From: Saprolegnia diclina VS20
Lineage: Eukaryota
DNA length: 50,255 nt
Direction: 5' to 3'
NCBI RefSeq assembly: GCF_000281045.1
Contig: NW_008246075.1
Span: forward strand, 946,879 to 997,133
How positions within the stretch are numbered: position 1 is the stretch's first letter; each line of letters starts with the position of its first letter. Shown in pieces: positions 23,792 to 35,959 of the stretch. The notes under the pieces are model-generated. The model worked only from the letters and a program-made list of their open reading frames with translations, was not told the origin of the DNA and searched no databases. The position numbers were made by a program, and so were the translations under genes.

Positions 23792-24759
23792 ATGGTGGTG
23801 GCGCCAAAGGAGCCGGTGGGGCCGATGGCGTCGCTCCAGGCACAGATGAGCGCGACGCGCTTGGGGCTCGGGAAGCTTACGAGCCTGCTCTCGGACGACG
23901 TCGGGCAGCTCCACGGTGAAATGCACAACAAGCTGCACATGGTCCACGAGAGCTGCATCGACGGCCGCACCGAGCTTTGCAACGCACTCGACCGGCTCGA
24001 GTTTCGGTTCGAACACCATGTGCGCGGTAGAATGAGCTTTTGTTTCGAGGCGTATGGCAAAACGATAGTAGACTGCCACGTACTCGCGCAGACGGTCGAT
24101 GGCCTCCGCGATTCCCTCGAGCAGCTGCAGCGCCGCCTCCGACGCACGAACGCCGACGTTGCGCAGCAGCAAGAGTTCATCGTGCAGCAAGCAAACGCGC
24201 TTCTGAGCGCCAAGCTGGACGCGGTCGTACTCGAACACGAACGCCAGCTTCGCGAACTCGAGCGACATGTGCGCGACCGCCTGCAACGCACCGACGACCA
24301 GCTCCGAGGTACATACACGGATGCATATATCGTACGGAATGGTATGGTAGAAGCGGTGGTTGGCGCGACCACGCGCTGGGCAGATATGGACGCTACGCGT
24401 ACACGCCACGACCACGTACTGCGCTCGGTGTTTGACCAGCTCCGGGAACTGCGCCACGACGTGGCTGATGCGACGGCCACGCGGAACACTGGCGCGCAAG
24501 ACGTGGATGCGTCCTTGTACGATATGGAAGAGGTAGCTCCGGCTTTGTATCACGCATCGATTCCAGTGGCGTGTAGCGCATGCGGCTGGACGCGGCGCGT
24601 CTCAACGATCGGTTGCAAGTACTCGAGGCGTCGCTCGCAGCGCGGCGATCGAGCGAGCTTCTGACGCTAGAGGCAGCGACAAAGGCCCGCCTGGACGGCC
24701 TCGCCGAGACGCTCACAGCTGTGCTTCGGCTTGTCCACGCGTTGCATCGCGCGCCGTAG
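23792..24759 (+). CDS. Uncharacterised coiled-coil protein
   Basis: Coding-like codon usage, heptad-like LEQLQRRLRR and LRELERHVRDRL segments, about three short GT-AG introns, TAG at 24757-24759. Confidence 0.6.
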
Positions 24760-24986
24760 CTTCTCAACCACTTGAATGCATCTTTGGATGTTGAGCCGAC
24801 GCTAGCTTTGGATGTATTGTCGTTTGTTGTCTACGTCTTGAGGACAGGTCGCTGCTTGCGAGCCTACGCACCCGCAGCAAGCTCGTGTGGCTTGACACGC
24901 ATGCAACCTCTGATTTCGTATGCAGTATGGGTTTATAGAGGAAGCCAATAACCGCGTCGATAAATGTTGGTTCACACACACTGAGA

Positions 24987-26462
24987 ATGCTCGCGTCGAC
25001 GTTGGGCCGCGGGCCTCTGCGCATGGGCAGCCGCGCGCTGCGCCGCCTGGCACCGGCCATGGCCTCGCGGACGCTCTCTTCTGCGACGCTTGATGCTGCT
25101 CCCGCAGCAGCGCCTACCGAGACGCCGGCCAAGTTTGCCAAGGAGATGACGCCGTGGGAAAAGCTAACGACAACGATCATTGGTACCGACACTGCGCGCT
25201 ATCTCTGGCTCATGGCGTCGGCGTAGACGACCAGATGGACATCAAGGCGATGCAGAACGCCCAGCGGGCGGTCGAGACGCTTGAAGCCGCCTGCCCGATT
25301 GACCAAGGTACCTTAGTCTATCTTGGAGCATGCCTGGAGCGAGCATAGACGACGCCTTTATCAGCTGGCTTCGGGATACGTTCGCTGACAAGGACGCGAC
25401 GTTGGACAAGGTACATGGCCCCCACGTGCTCTAACGCTCACGCAGCAGCCCAGGTTGCGTTCGAAGCCCGTATCGACGATGTCATTGCCAAGTTGCAGTC
25501 GCTCCAAGACGAAGCCTGCGGCGGCGAACCCAAGCTCTTTGATCATAACCGCTTGTCGAACGAAAAGCTCGCATCGTCCGTGCTTGGCATGCACTACCTG
25601 TACACCAAGGTCAAGTGCCAGGACATCAAGCGGTACTTTGCGCAGCTCGACAAGGACAACGACGGTATCCCACCATTCCGATACAAACGAGCTGTTCCTA
25701 TACCACAGCACAGGCATCGTCGCAAGTGCGGACGTGCACGCGCTTCTCGAACTCTACGCGCTGGGCACGCCGGCAAAGTGGCTCGAACGTACGCCGCCAT
25801 TCGCCTATGAAAGCCTCACGGTGCGTAGGCCACTTTGCGGTCCTCGACAGCAACCAAGACGGCGCGCTCTCGGAGGCCGAGATGCAGCAGCTGTACCTCA
25901 ATATCTGCGGCGTCCACAAGAGCTTTCTCAACGACCTCTTGGACCACCACGTACGCATTCTGCTGATGGCTACGCTCATGGACGTGGCGTAGACGACGCA
26001 CATGACCAAGGCGCACACCAAGCAGCGTCAGAAAGCGCTCTCCGAGTACGAGTGGACGTTCAAGCTCACGGAGAAGCTCCGGTGCATGTACCACTTTGCC
26101 GGTATCCCCAAGGACGTCCAGATCGCGCAGCCGCCGCCCGTGATTCCACCGCGCGACTCGATCGACTGGGCGCTTCTCCAAGAGTCCCAGGTGCGCTCTC
26201 CATCGCTCACTCGCCGTCTCGACTCTCCTCTCATTCTCGGGTTTCAGGCGGCCGAGCTGCCCGAGTTTGACCGCATGCTCTCGCACTACATGGCGGCCAT
26301 CCACGACGCTCGGTACGTGTTTATAAAGCATTCGCTTTGTATTCACGCGACGATAGGCGCGAGTTTTACGTGCAGACGGACGCGACGCGCGTCACGCGGA
26401 TCCAAAGCGGCGCGTTCCTCGTCTTTGTGACCGTCACCGACGTCCTCATCTCGCTCATGTAA
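24987..26462 (+). CDS. Putative mitochondrial EF-hand protein with hydrophobic C-terminal tail
   Basis: Arg/Ser/Ala-rich presequence-like N-terminus, EF-hand loops DKDNDGIV and DSNQDGALSEAE, C-terminal GAFLVFVTVTDVLISLM*. Multi-exon. Confidence 0.65.
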
Positions 26463-26726
26463 GCCACCAACCGCACGACTCGAATAGACGACCCTCTTGG
26501 GCACAGCATCTCTGTTAAAAAAGACATGTTGTCCACGCTTGCAACTTGAAACATTGATACTTCCCGGTGCGCTATCACTGGTCATCCCCGAAGATCTATC
26601 ACCGAATCTTCGGTTCCTATTCCATGGGCCGAAGTTCAAGTACGCACAAGCTCATGCTTTGATGCTGGGAGTTGACATCTTGATACAAATACATGCATTC
26701 AGTGGGTGCTCCACGAGCCGCGTCGA

Positions 26727-28514
26727 CTAGCTCGTACACGGGAGCCATTGCACGTCCTCAGACGCGTTGCCCCAAAACGCCAGCGTGGCATCGAGCGACT
26801 CGCGCGCCTTGACGACCGCAACGGACGTCGGCGTGTAGGCGAGCGTGGCCGGCGCGGGAATGCTGTTGAATCGCGAGTACATGGCCATCGTGTATGCGCC
26901 CGTGTCGTGGACAACGACATAGTCGCCGGCTGCGAGCTGCGGCAAGCGCACTTGGCGTGCGACCACGTCCCCTGAAAAGCAGAGCGGCCCCGCGAGGTCC
27001 TGCGCGACGAACAGCCCGTTCCGCTTGATGGAGCCGTCGTGCGCAAAGACCGAGTAGACCATCGGCCACGTGCTCGGCAGGTACACGGAGCGCAAAAACT
27101 GGTTGGCGCCGCAGTGCAGAATCGCAACCGTGTGACCTACAGGAACGTCCCAGAGCCGCTTGAGTCGAGCGTCGCACCTTGCCAATTCTTGACGGCTTCG
27201 ACGCGGCTCAGAGTCACCCCGGGCTTGGCAAAGACGCTTCGACCAAACTCCGAGATGACGCGGTAGTCGCCCGAGAAGAGTTCTGTCATCCAGAGCATTG
27301 GAGAGGGATATGTATCAAGGTTTCAAGTCACCTGGTACGTCGGCGCGCAAGAGCGACGCGTACGTGGCGTACGCGACAGGCTCGGCCTTGAGCCCGTCGT
27401 AGCTCGTGGGCACACCGCCGCCAATGTCGATGACGTCGATTTGCCGCCGACCGAGCGCGTTGTTGATGAACGAAGCGAAGGCCACGGCCCGCTTGGCGCC
27501 GGCCACGAGCAGCGAGAGGGCGCAGCCTAATAGAGCAATTAATCGTTGCTGGTTTTGCTGCCAGTTGGGACACACTGTCGTTGCACGAGTCGTACCTTGG
27601 GAGCCGACGTGGACGTGGACACCTTGAAGCCAGGGATGCGCTTTGTAGAGCGATAGAAGGCGGTCGCTGGTCTCGGGTGTCCAGATCAAACCAAACTTGC
27701 TCGTCGCCGTCGCCGTACTCGATGCTGCAATCGTGCCGCCGCCGACAACGGGGTTGATGCGCAGCCCAATCTTGGCTGTTGTCGGCTTCTCGCGCAAGAG
27801 GCGCGCAACGTGTTCGATCTCCGCCACGTTGTCGAGGTTGATGTAACAGCCGAGCGAGAGGACATTGTCGAGCTCGGCCAACGTCTTGCACGGCGAGTCG
27901 ACGATGATCTTGTCGGGCAGAAAGCCCAAGCGCAGAGCGTGCATGGCTTCTGCGTACGACGCTGTCTCCAAGCCAAAACCCTACTCAACCGTGTAAGCCC
28001 GAAGGAGCCGTCGAACGCGTACGAGTGGCTGCGCATGGCGCAAAATGCCCGCCAGCGGGTTGGCCTTGATGGCCAGCGCATGCGTCCAGAACGGCGGGAA
28101 CGCAGCGCGTAGCTCGTGCAACCGGCTGAGAAACATTTCCATGTCGAACAAGTCGACGACCGGGTTGGCCGCGTCGACGTAGCCGTGCTGCACGACGCGC
28201 TGCACGATGGACGCCACGCCCGCCGCACGGGCTTCGTGGCGCGCGACCTCGTCCTGGTGCATATCATCGGCCTCGCTCGGCGCCGTCTTTGTGCTGGCTT
28301 TGGGCGGTTCGTGCTCCAAGTACTCGACGAGCAGATCGTGGAGCGTCCGCGTCGGGTCCAAACCGAGCCGCTCGCACACCTACCGCATTGTGTATTGGTC
28401 CTCGACTGTCGCCACTGCACACACCTCGCTGGCGACCGCTGCCGGTGCTTTCGCCTCCGGGCCGCGCAGGGTCTCGCGGATCCTCGCGAGGTCAATGGTC
28501 CGAAGCGCTTCCAT
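26727..28514 (-). CDS. Diaminopimelate decarboxylase-like PLP enzyme (Orn/DAP/Arg decarboxylase family)
   Basis: Motifs AIKANP (PLP Lys), ETAS, DSPCKT, GLRINP, SKFG, HVHVGSQ, IDIGGG, SEFGR, AGPLCFSGD, HDTGAYT. Oomycetes make lysine by the DAP pathway. Confidence 0.85.
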
Positions 28515-28580
28515 GACGTTGTGGCAAAGTGGCTCGGCCAAAAGATCGCGCACCTGGTACGCGCGAACGAATCCGCGCAC

Positions 28581-28600
28581 GTATCCGGATATCCGGATAC
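28581..28600. repeat. Perfect 20-bp palindrome GTATCCGGATATCCGGATAC
   Basis: Equals its own reverse complement. It lies 67-86 nt upstream of the decarboxylase ATG. Confidence 0.9.
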
Positions 28601-29464
28601 TATGCAAACCGTGCCACCCCGTGCCACGTCAGAGAATTCCACATCGGGGATCCGGGATGTGGAAGCTTCGCGAGGAACGATGCGCCTCGCGGATACATGC
28701 ATGTACCCGGTCCAAGCTCGTCCCTGCCGCGACGCCGCTCGTCTTGAACTGCTGTAGCGAGCTGCTACTGAGTAGCACAGACGTACGTTCAACTGCAAGG
28801 TTGCTGCGCAAAGATACTGCAGTCGCCAACCTCAAGCTGATTCACATTACATGCACGTTGCGTGGCGTGCAGGCGGCCGCAAAGACGCCAGCCTCAGCAC
28901 CGTTCTCGCCGGTAGCCTGGCACCCAGACCAAGCTCCGCACGCCTGCCCTCTTGGCATCTCGGACGACCGCGCCTATACGCCCACCGTACAGTGTATCGT
29001 AGTGACAGTAGTGAGCGTGCACTTGTGTGGCGCCATGGTGTCTACTCGCCATCGGCAAATAAAGTTGCCAACGACAACCTTTGTTGTCCGAGCCGTCGCC
29101 CGTTGCGACGTTGGCTTGCGTGCGTGCCGTTAAGAGCCTTTTTGTTGTGCCACGCGTCGCGGGGCGCTTTCGAGAAGTTTCTCTTGCACCCGGTGGGTCG
29201 GGCTCGTACATTCTTTCGTACGTTCCTACTACTTGGTTTTTGTATTTGGATACCATCCATTACGTGATGTACAACCGTACATTGCATCACTTTAAAAAAT
29301 GGTGTCTAATCTCTTGCGTTTGTATGGAAAGGCGAGTTATTTTTATTAAGTATCCAGCGTGCGTTCGAAGTGGTGGAAATAAGAAACTTTTTCGGCCAAT
29401 CCAAAGCGGCGAATTTAAGCCCGCAGCACATGTCGCAGCGTTGCATGTTCCAGCGCCCAAGAGA

Positions 29465-29480
29465 TCATTCGCAAGCTTGC
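29465..29480 (+). promoter_or_regulatory. Inr+FPR-like core promoter (TCATTCGCAAGCTTGC)
   Basis: Near-match to the oomycete Inr/FPR consensus, 30 nt upstream of ATG 29511. Confidence 0.5.
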
Positions 29481-29510
29481 CTTCTCCATCTTCCTACGCC
29501 TTCCTCCCGC

Positions 29511-30980
29511 ATGCCCGTGTGCTACTTTTGCCAAGCGCCGTTCGCAAGGTGTAGATGCGGTCAATGTCGTCAAGTCTACTTTTGCAACCGAGAATGCCAG
29601 ATCGGCGCGTGGCCGAGCCACCGCCCCGAGTGCCATCCGACCCCGACCCAATCGCCCGACAGGATAACAACGCCGGTGCCTACTGCGTCGCCGGCCACCG
29701 CACCTGTGACGCCGACGCCTGCGATTAACAACCAAGTCGACGAGGTCGCGTCGATAGCGCAGTCGGGCCCGGCGACGCCAGAGACGCCGAAAAAGAAGAA
29801 GAAGAAGTCCAAGAAGGCCAAGAAGCACGCGCCGGGCGAAACACCGCCAGCAACGCCGCAAGCCAAGCCGATGGCGACGCCGATGACGCCGCCTCTCCAT
29901 CCGCTCTCGGCGCCGATGACGCCGCCGCGCCTCCCAACGAGCGCGCCGGCCTCGCCGCCCCACAAGCCGTCGCCGACCAAGACCAAGACCAAGAAGAACA
30001 AGAAGAAGAGCCGCAGCCACAGCTGGAGCGACGACGCGTTTCCGTCACCGCCCAAGACGAAGCTGAAGTCGCAGTCGATGGGTGGCAAGATGGTCACGTG
30101 GGGCTACGTCCAAGCGCGCGAGTTCCTCCGATGCCCGGGTGGCGGAAGCGCTGTCCCCAGCGAAGGTGCGTGGGCGCTTGGCCTTGGCAAGCACGTCGGC
30201 GACGTCTCGCTGGGCTCGGTCGACAATGTCGTCTCCGCCACGGAAAAGGCCAAGTCCAACTTTGAGCGCGTCGCACGCCTCACGGAACGCGAGCGGAAGA
30301 AGGTGCTCATGACCGCCGAGGACGAGTGGCAGGCGGCCAACGCTTCGCTCGACACGGCGCCGGCCAAGTCGACGACCAACGCGCGTCAGCGCCGCCTCTC
30401 GAGTAGGCTACCCTCCCACCATCCAATGATTGAACTCACGTGTCCATCTAGTCTCGAACGACGACTGCGACGCGCACGTCTTTGCCACCTTGTCCCACGA
30501 GCAAGCGAGCGAGTTTGCGCTCATTCGCACCTCGCGTGAAGGTAGAAGAGGAGCCTCGTGGTATGGCGGCTGGACTCACTGCTACTGTGTGGTAGAGCAC
30601 TGCGGGTGTTCGTGCGGCGACCTCGTCAAGAAAGTGTCCAAGATGCACATCAAGAAGCTCGTCGCGTGGCTGCACGAGCGCGACGTGGACACGGCGCACA
30701 TGAGCAAGCCCGAGCTCATGATGCGCGCCAAGACGCTGGCCGCCGAAGAGAAGAACTGCGCGACCGAAGGTTCGATACCGACACCTGGCGACAAGTTCTG
30801 ATATATGAGATCGTAGACTGCGAGTGCGCTCGAAACGGCGTGCCATGCCACCAAGACACGTGCTCGGGCTGCCGCGGCAACTGCGACAACCACCGCTACA
30901 CGTACAATAAGGACCACGTCCACGCCTACCGCCAAGAGCTCATCGCCCAGTGGACCTGCTCCAACCAGCTCGACGTCTAA
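29511..30980 (+). CDS. MYND zinc finger + CSRNP (cysteine/serine-rich nuclear protein)-like domain protein
   Basis: N-terminal CYFC..CGQCRQVYFCNRECQIGAWPSHRPEC (MYND). CSRNP-like motifs VTWGYVQAREFLRCPGGGSAVPSEGAWALGL, IRTSREEHCGCSC and CECARNGVPCHQDTC..C..NCDN. Poly-Lys NLS-like tracts. Three introns in the 3' part. Confidence 0.75.
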
Positions 30981-31833
30981 GGCACCTCATTATAATACCT
31001 TACTGCAATTCAACTCACCTCGATTGTATGAACCTCAATCTCAATCTCAACCTCAGTAATCCTACGTCGGGGCATATTCGACATTTTGAGAAAACAGGTC
31101 GGTGGATCCGGCCGTGCCGACCACAACCCCCGCGTGATTCCTCTCATGCCGGGGACAATCCTTGATATTTGACAGTCGACCGACAAGGTCGAGAGGCAAG
31201 CTGCCGACAACACTCGTCATCTCTGCCGACGCGGGGACTCAAGATCCGTTGCGGCATCGACAAGTTCTCTGTACTGCAGACTCATGGATGTAGTCGCTGT
31301 CTGGGCTTCCAGACGCTTGCTCGTCGATTGTCTGGATATGCAAATATGGACTGCGTGACTCGATTCGGAGCAGGAACATACGTAGCCGTTCAAGCAGACG
31401 ACGGATCTACACACTTCATTCAGCGCGATTGAAAAAGGCAAGCTCCACCATCAAAGTGTCCAAGCCTCGAGGTGGGTGTCGAGGCGGGTGTCAACGCCGG
31501 TGCGCTGGCGACTGTGAACGGTTGAACTGCGCCTGCTGCGCGAGCTCTTGGTCGCGGTTGTTGACATTCTACCGGTAGGCCTTCGTCGTGGCCGCAATCG
31601 TCGCCGTGTTGGCAGTGAAGTCGTCCGTCGCCACCATGGTTTGGTTGAGCATCGCACCGACTCCGCCTGCCCGTTGGATGTTTGGATGTTTCGCATCTGT
31701 ATCCGGATGACCGTGAGCTGGCACGCTGTGGCGCACGCATTATCCGGACCTCGCCAACCGCTGTCAGCGATGTGGACAAACTCAAGAGCAGCCAATTCGA
31801 GAAGAATGCAAATCGAATTCATAGAGTTCTCTG

Positions 31834-34800
31834 CTACAAGACGATGTAGTTGTCGGCCTCGCCCGTCATTTTGCGGTTCATGGCCGCGCCCGACTCCTTC
31901 CGGCGCCACCCGCCCGAGCTCGCGCTGTCCTACAAGTATGTAAGACCTTCGTATCGCAGAAGAGCACTACGTACGACGCGCGGGCGCAGCTGCTGCGTAA
32001 ACTCTTGCAGCGCGCGGTGCGTGTCGAGCACGTTCGAGAGGTCCTCGACAAACTCGTTGCCGTAGCTCAGCGACTGGCGCGTCGACGGCGTCGTCTCCTT
32101 CTCCTTGGTCGTTTGCACGAGCTCGGCAAAGAGGCCCATTGGGCGATCGAGCAGCTCATTGTACGTGCCTTGGTCCACGAGCCGACCGGCGTCCATGACA
32201 AGGATCGCGTCCGCATTGCGCGTCGTCGACAGACGGTGCGTCACCGAGATGACTGTCACGTGCGTCTTCTTGGCGAGCTTGCGCAGCGCATCAATGATCG
32301 ACGCCTCCGTCTCCGTGTCGAGCGCCGACGTCGCTTCGTCCAAAAGGAGCACACTCGGCTTGCGCACGAGGGCGCGCGCGAGGCAGATGCGCTGCGCTTG
32401 ACCGCCACTGAGGTTGCACGTCGCGTGTTGTCCGACCACCGTCTCGTAGCCGTCCTTGAGGTTCTTGATAAAGGCACTGCACTCGGCGAGCTCGGCCGCC
32501 TTCATGCATTCCTCTTTTGTCGCGCCAATGTTGCCAAACCTACAGGGCAATATCAGACACCATCACCCAAATGTCAAAGTATCAACTCGATATTTTCGAG
32601 AATCGTGCCGTTGAGGATCCCGCCGTCTTGAAACACGACCGCGACTTGCGCCATGTAGCTCTTCTTCGAGTGCGCGGCCACGTCCGCTTCGTCCATCGTG
32701 ATGGCGCCGTCGCTCGGAGTGTAAAACTGCATGAGGCACCCGAGCAGCGTACTCTTGCCGCAGCCACTGGGGCCCACAATGCATACATAGTGCCCCTGTA
32801 CACCGTATCAATCTATCAAGTATACAGTAGCGCAAACGGTACCAGTGGAAACGACGCGTGCACGTCCGAGAGGTCCCAGTGGTCCGACGTCGTATCGTAC
32901 TGAAAGCTGAGCGCGTGCGTCGCGAGACCGTGCTGCATGCGCTTGAGCGACGGCTTGGCATCGTCTTCCTTGTCGTGCGTCTTGTCGGCCAGCTCCTACT
33001 CCACGTTAGCATTGTATTTTGAATATTGGACAAACCATGTCCAATATACAAACGTACGCTGTAGACAATCTCGTCGAGGCGCTGGAGACTCGACGCATTC
33101 CCGATCGCGACGCGCATAAAGCCACCGAGCACCGTCACGGGCGTCGAGATGCGCGCGAGGAGCGTGACGGCCGAGAAGAAATCGCCGACCGTGATGTCCC
33201 CGTTGAAGACCTTGATCGCCAAGCACGACGTGATGATCGACACGAAGATGTACATGGCCGACTCGACGTAAATCTGGACGACGCCGGCCCAAAAGTCCTT
33301 GAGGAACTGCGCCGTGTGCAGCGAGAGCGTGCTGGCGGCAAACTTCTGCGCCAACGGCGCTTGGATCCGGTACGCGCGCACGACCTACCCTTACAATCAA
33401 TACGCGCCGCGTTGGTGGACAACTTGTCCACATTTTCCCAGACCTTTTGACACGCAATCGCATTTTGAAACTCGGCCGCCACGTACGCATTCTTCGAGCC
33501 AAAGTCTTTCGAGCGTTTGGACGCGCGGCCTTGGGGGCCCGACGTGACAATGATGGCTGAGAACGCAAACGAGAGAAGGCCGGCGGTCGGCTCAAAGTAG
33601 CAGAGGAACGCAAAGCCGACGACGACCGACACGATCGGGTGCATGAGGTTCTACGACCGCTTATGAGCCATTTGTTCGAAAAGCGAGAAAATCAAAGACA
33701 AAATACCCAAAAAATGGCCTGCCACAGCGAGTTGACGCGCGCAATGTCCGACTGAAACAGATTGTTCAGGTCGCCTTCGCTGCGCTTGAAAAAGAAGAGC
33801 GTCGGCTGCGACAGAATCGTACGCAGGAGCTTGTCCTGAAGCCGCTCCGTGGCCTTGGAGATCATGAGCGCTTGAAAGTACCCCATCGAGTAGTCGACGA
33901 TCGCAAACGGCACGCAAATGACGAGGATGCCAATGACACCAATCGCCAGCGTCTGCTCGGGCTTGATGTACGCGAGCGTAATGTCGTTGCCTTGCTGGTC
34001 CGTCGTCACGTTCTGGTATGTGACGGCGCGCTCGATGCGGTAGTTGGTCGCTACACAGGGCATATCAGATCTGATACAAACTTGATACAAAGCCCTACTC
34101 GCATTGTAGATGGCCGTGTCAATGACCGACTTGGGGAAGGCGTAATCGCCGAGAATCTGCATGAGGTACGCAAGCCCCGGCACGATGGCTGCATGCACAA
34201 GCACGACCACGATCGTACAAAAGAGCGCGCCTTTCTGGTTGGACCAGTGGCGCAGCGTCGACTTGATCACGTCCAAGGCGCCGTAGACAAACTGGGACGA
34301 CTGCGCGTCAATGTCGCGGAGGTACGACAGAAACATGTTGGCCGAGATCTCTTTGGGGCGGTAGTACAGCGCCCGTTCGAGGAACTGCATGAGCTCGGCG
34401 CGGCTCATGTCGCCGTCATTGCGCCCGCAAATGATCGTCAGATCCGTTTCCATCATCTCGATTGCAGCCTCCGTGATGTTGGGAATGCGACGCAGCGACG
34501 ACCGGAGCGACGCCATCGAGATGAGCAAGTGGTCCGAGTCGGCGTACCGGTGCAGCTTCTTGGAGAAGATGCGCGCACGCGGCTTGAAGATGATGCGTGC
34601 GGACGCGAGGAGGCAGTAGAGCGCGGTCCAGTACTGCTCGTACTGGTTCGTCTTGTACTTGGGGTACAGCTCCGACTGCGGCGCGTCATAAAACCCGTTC
34701 TCCGAGATGACGACCTTGGAGAGCGCATCGAAAAACACAAACCTGCGCAAGCTCATTATGGACGATGAAGAGGTGAAGAGACATACCGCGCCGCCAAGCA

Positions 34801-35199
34801 GCCCGCGAGAAGCAGCAGCGCAAGCAAGTCAAACATGGACGACGGCGACCGGAAGAGCGCGCCGCGCAGTGACACGACGCGGCAGAGCATCTCGAGGAGG
34901 TAGAGCACCATGAAGCCGCACGAGTAGAGCCGCGTCTTGAGGCCCCACTTGTAGAACGTCTGCTGCGACGTAAAGGCCACCGCGACGCAGTTGCCGAAGA
35001 AGTCGCAAAAGAGCAAGAGCATGTAGACATAGTGGAACTGGCGGTTGTCGATCATGCGCAGGCAGCCGACGCGACCGCTCTGGCCGGCGCCCGCAGGCGT
35101 GGCCGCGCCCGTCGGTCGAGGTCCTTGTGGCTTGGGCTTGTTGTCCATGGGCGCACCAGTGTTGGACTGCTTGTGCGTCCCCTGCTCCTTCTGCCTCAT
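31834..35199 (-). CDS. ABC half-transporter (ABCB-like TMD-NBD) with N-terminal voltage-sensor-like and EF-hand-like domains
   Basis: Walker A GPSGCGKST, signature LSGGQ, Walker B LLLDEATSALD and H-loop THRL are intact. TMD with LFFFKRSEGDLNNLFQSD. Intron 34743-34786 joins the N-terminal 4-TM region in frame. Confidence 0.85.
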
Positions 35200-35959
35200 C
35201 GCGAGTAGAGAACAGCCAAAGGGCCAGCTAATATTGCCCAGTCTGTTTCTGTCGAACACTACCCGATTGTACGGCACGTACGTTTTATCTCTGTTTTTGT
35301 ATGAATGTACGTGCCGTACAATACATGTACGATCCGGCACGTCCGGTCCGCATTATCCGGATGCTGTCGCACAGGATCGGGATGGCGACCGGTAACGTCG
35401 CGCACTGGCGCGCTGCGGCTTCCCCCACCCGCCAAGCGATATATGTACAGCAGCGGCCTCATGGCCATGACGTCCTCTATATGATACAGTGAGGCCCTCC
35501 TCGTGAGAGTGGGAAGACAACGGCGAGGACCGCAGCAAGCTGAAGCATGGAAGAGGTTGTGGGAGGATCATCCACCCCTTGCGACGTCGGAATGCGAACG
35601 CTCGTCGAAGCCACGACCAACAACGACGGCAAGCTGTGCAGCTGTCGTGAGTGAGCCCTGACGCTGGCTTGCCACAAGTGGATTTCTGTCCTTCATATAT
35701 ATTTGCTCGTCGCCATATCAGCTGGATGACGTGAACGGGTGCCTCTCGTCCTGCACCATGTCGGTGCTACAACCGTAGTACAAAGTGTGCAATCGCGCCA
35801 CTGCAGGTCGGCTGACGCTGTCGGCTGAGTGCACGTATGCTGGGCGCTGTGCCGGCGTTGTGACCGGCGGCGTGTGCACCCAGGCTGCACATCGAAATAT
35901 CGAAACGTCATGTTTGTCCCAGTTTTGCCCAACTTTATCCGGACTCGGACATTGGGACG

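Noticed and set aside
31030..31056. AA(C/T)CTC hexamer run
   Set aside because: Ordinary short microsatellite.
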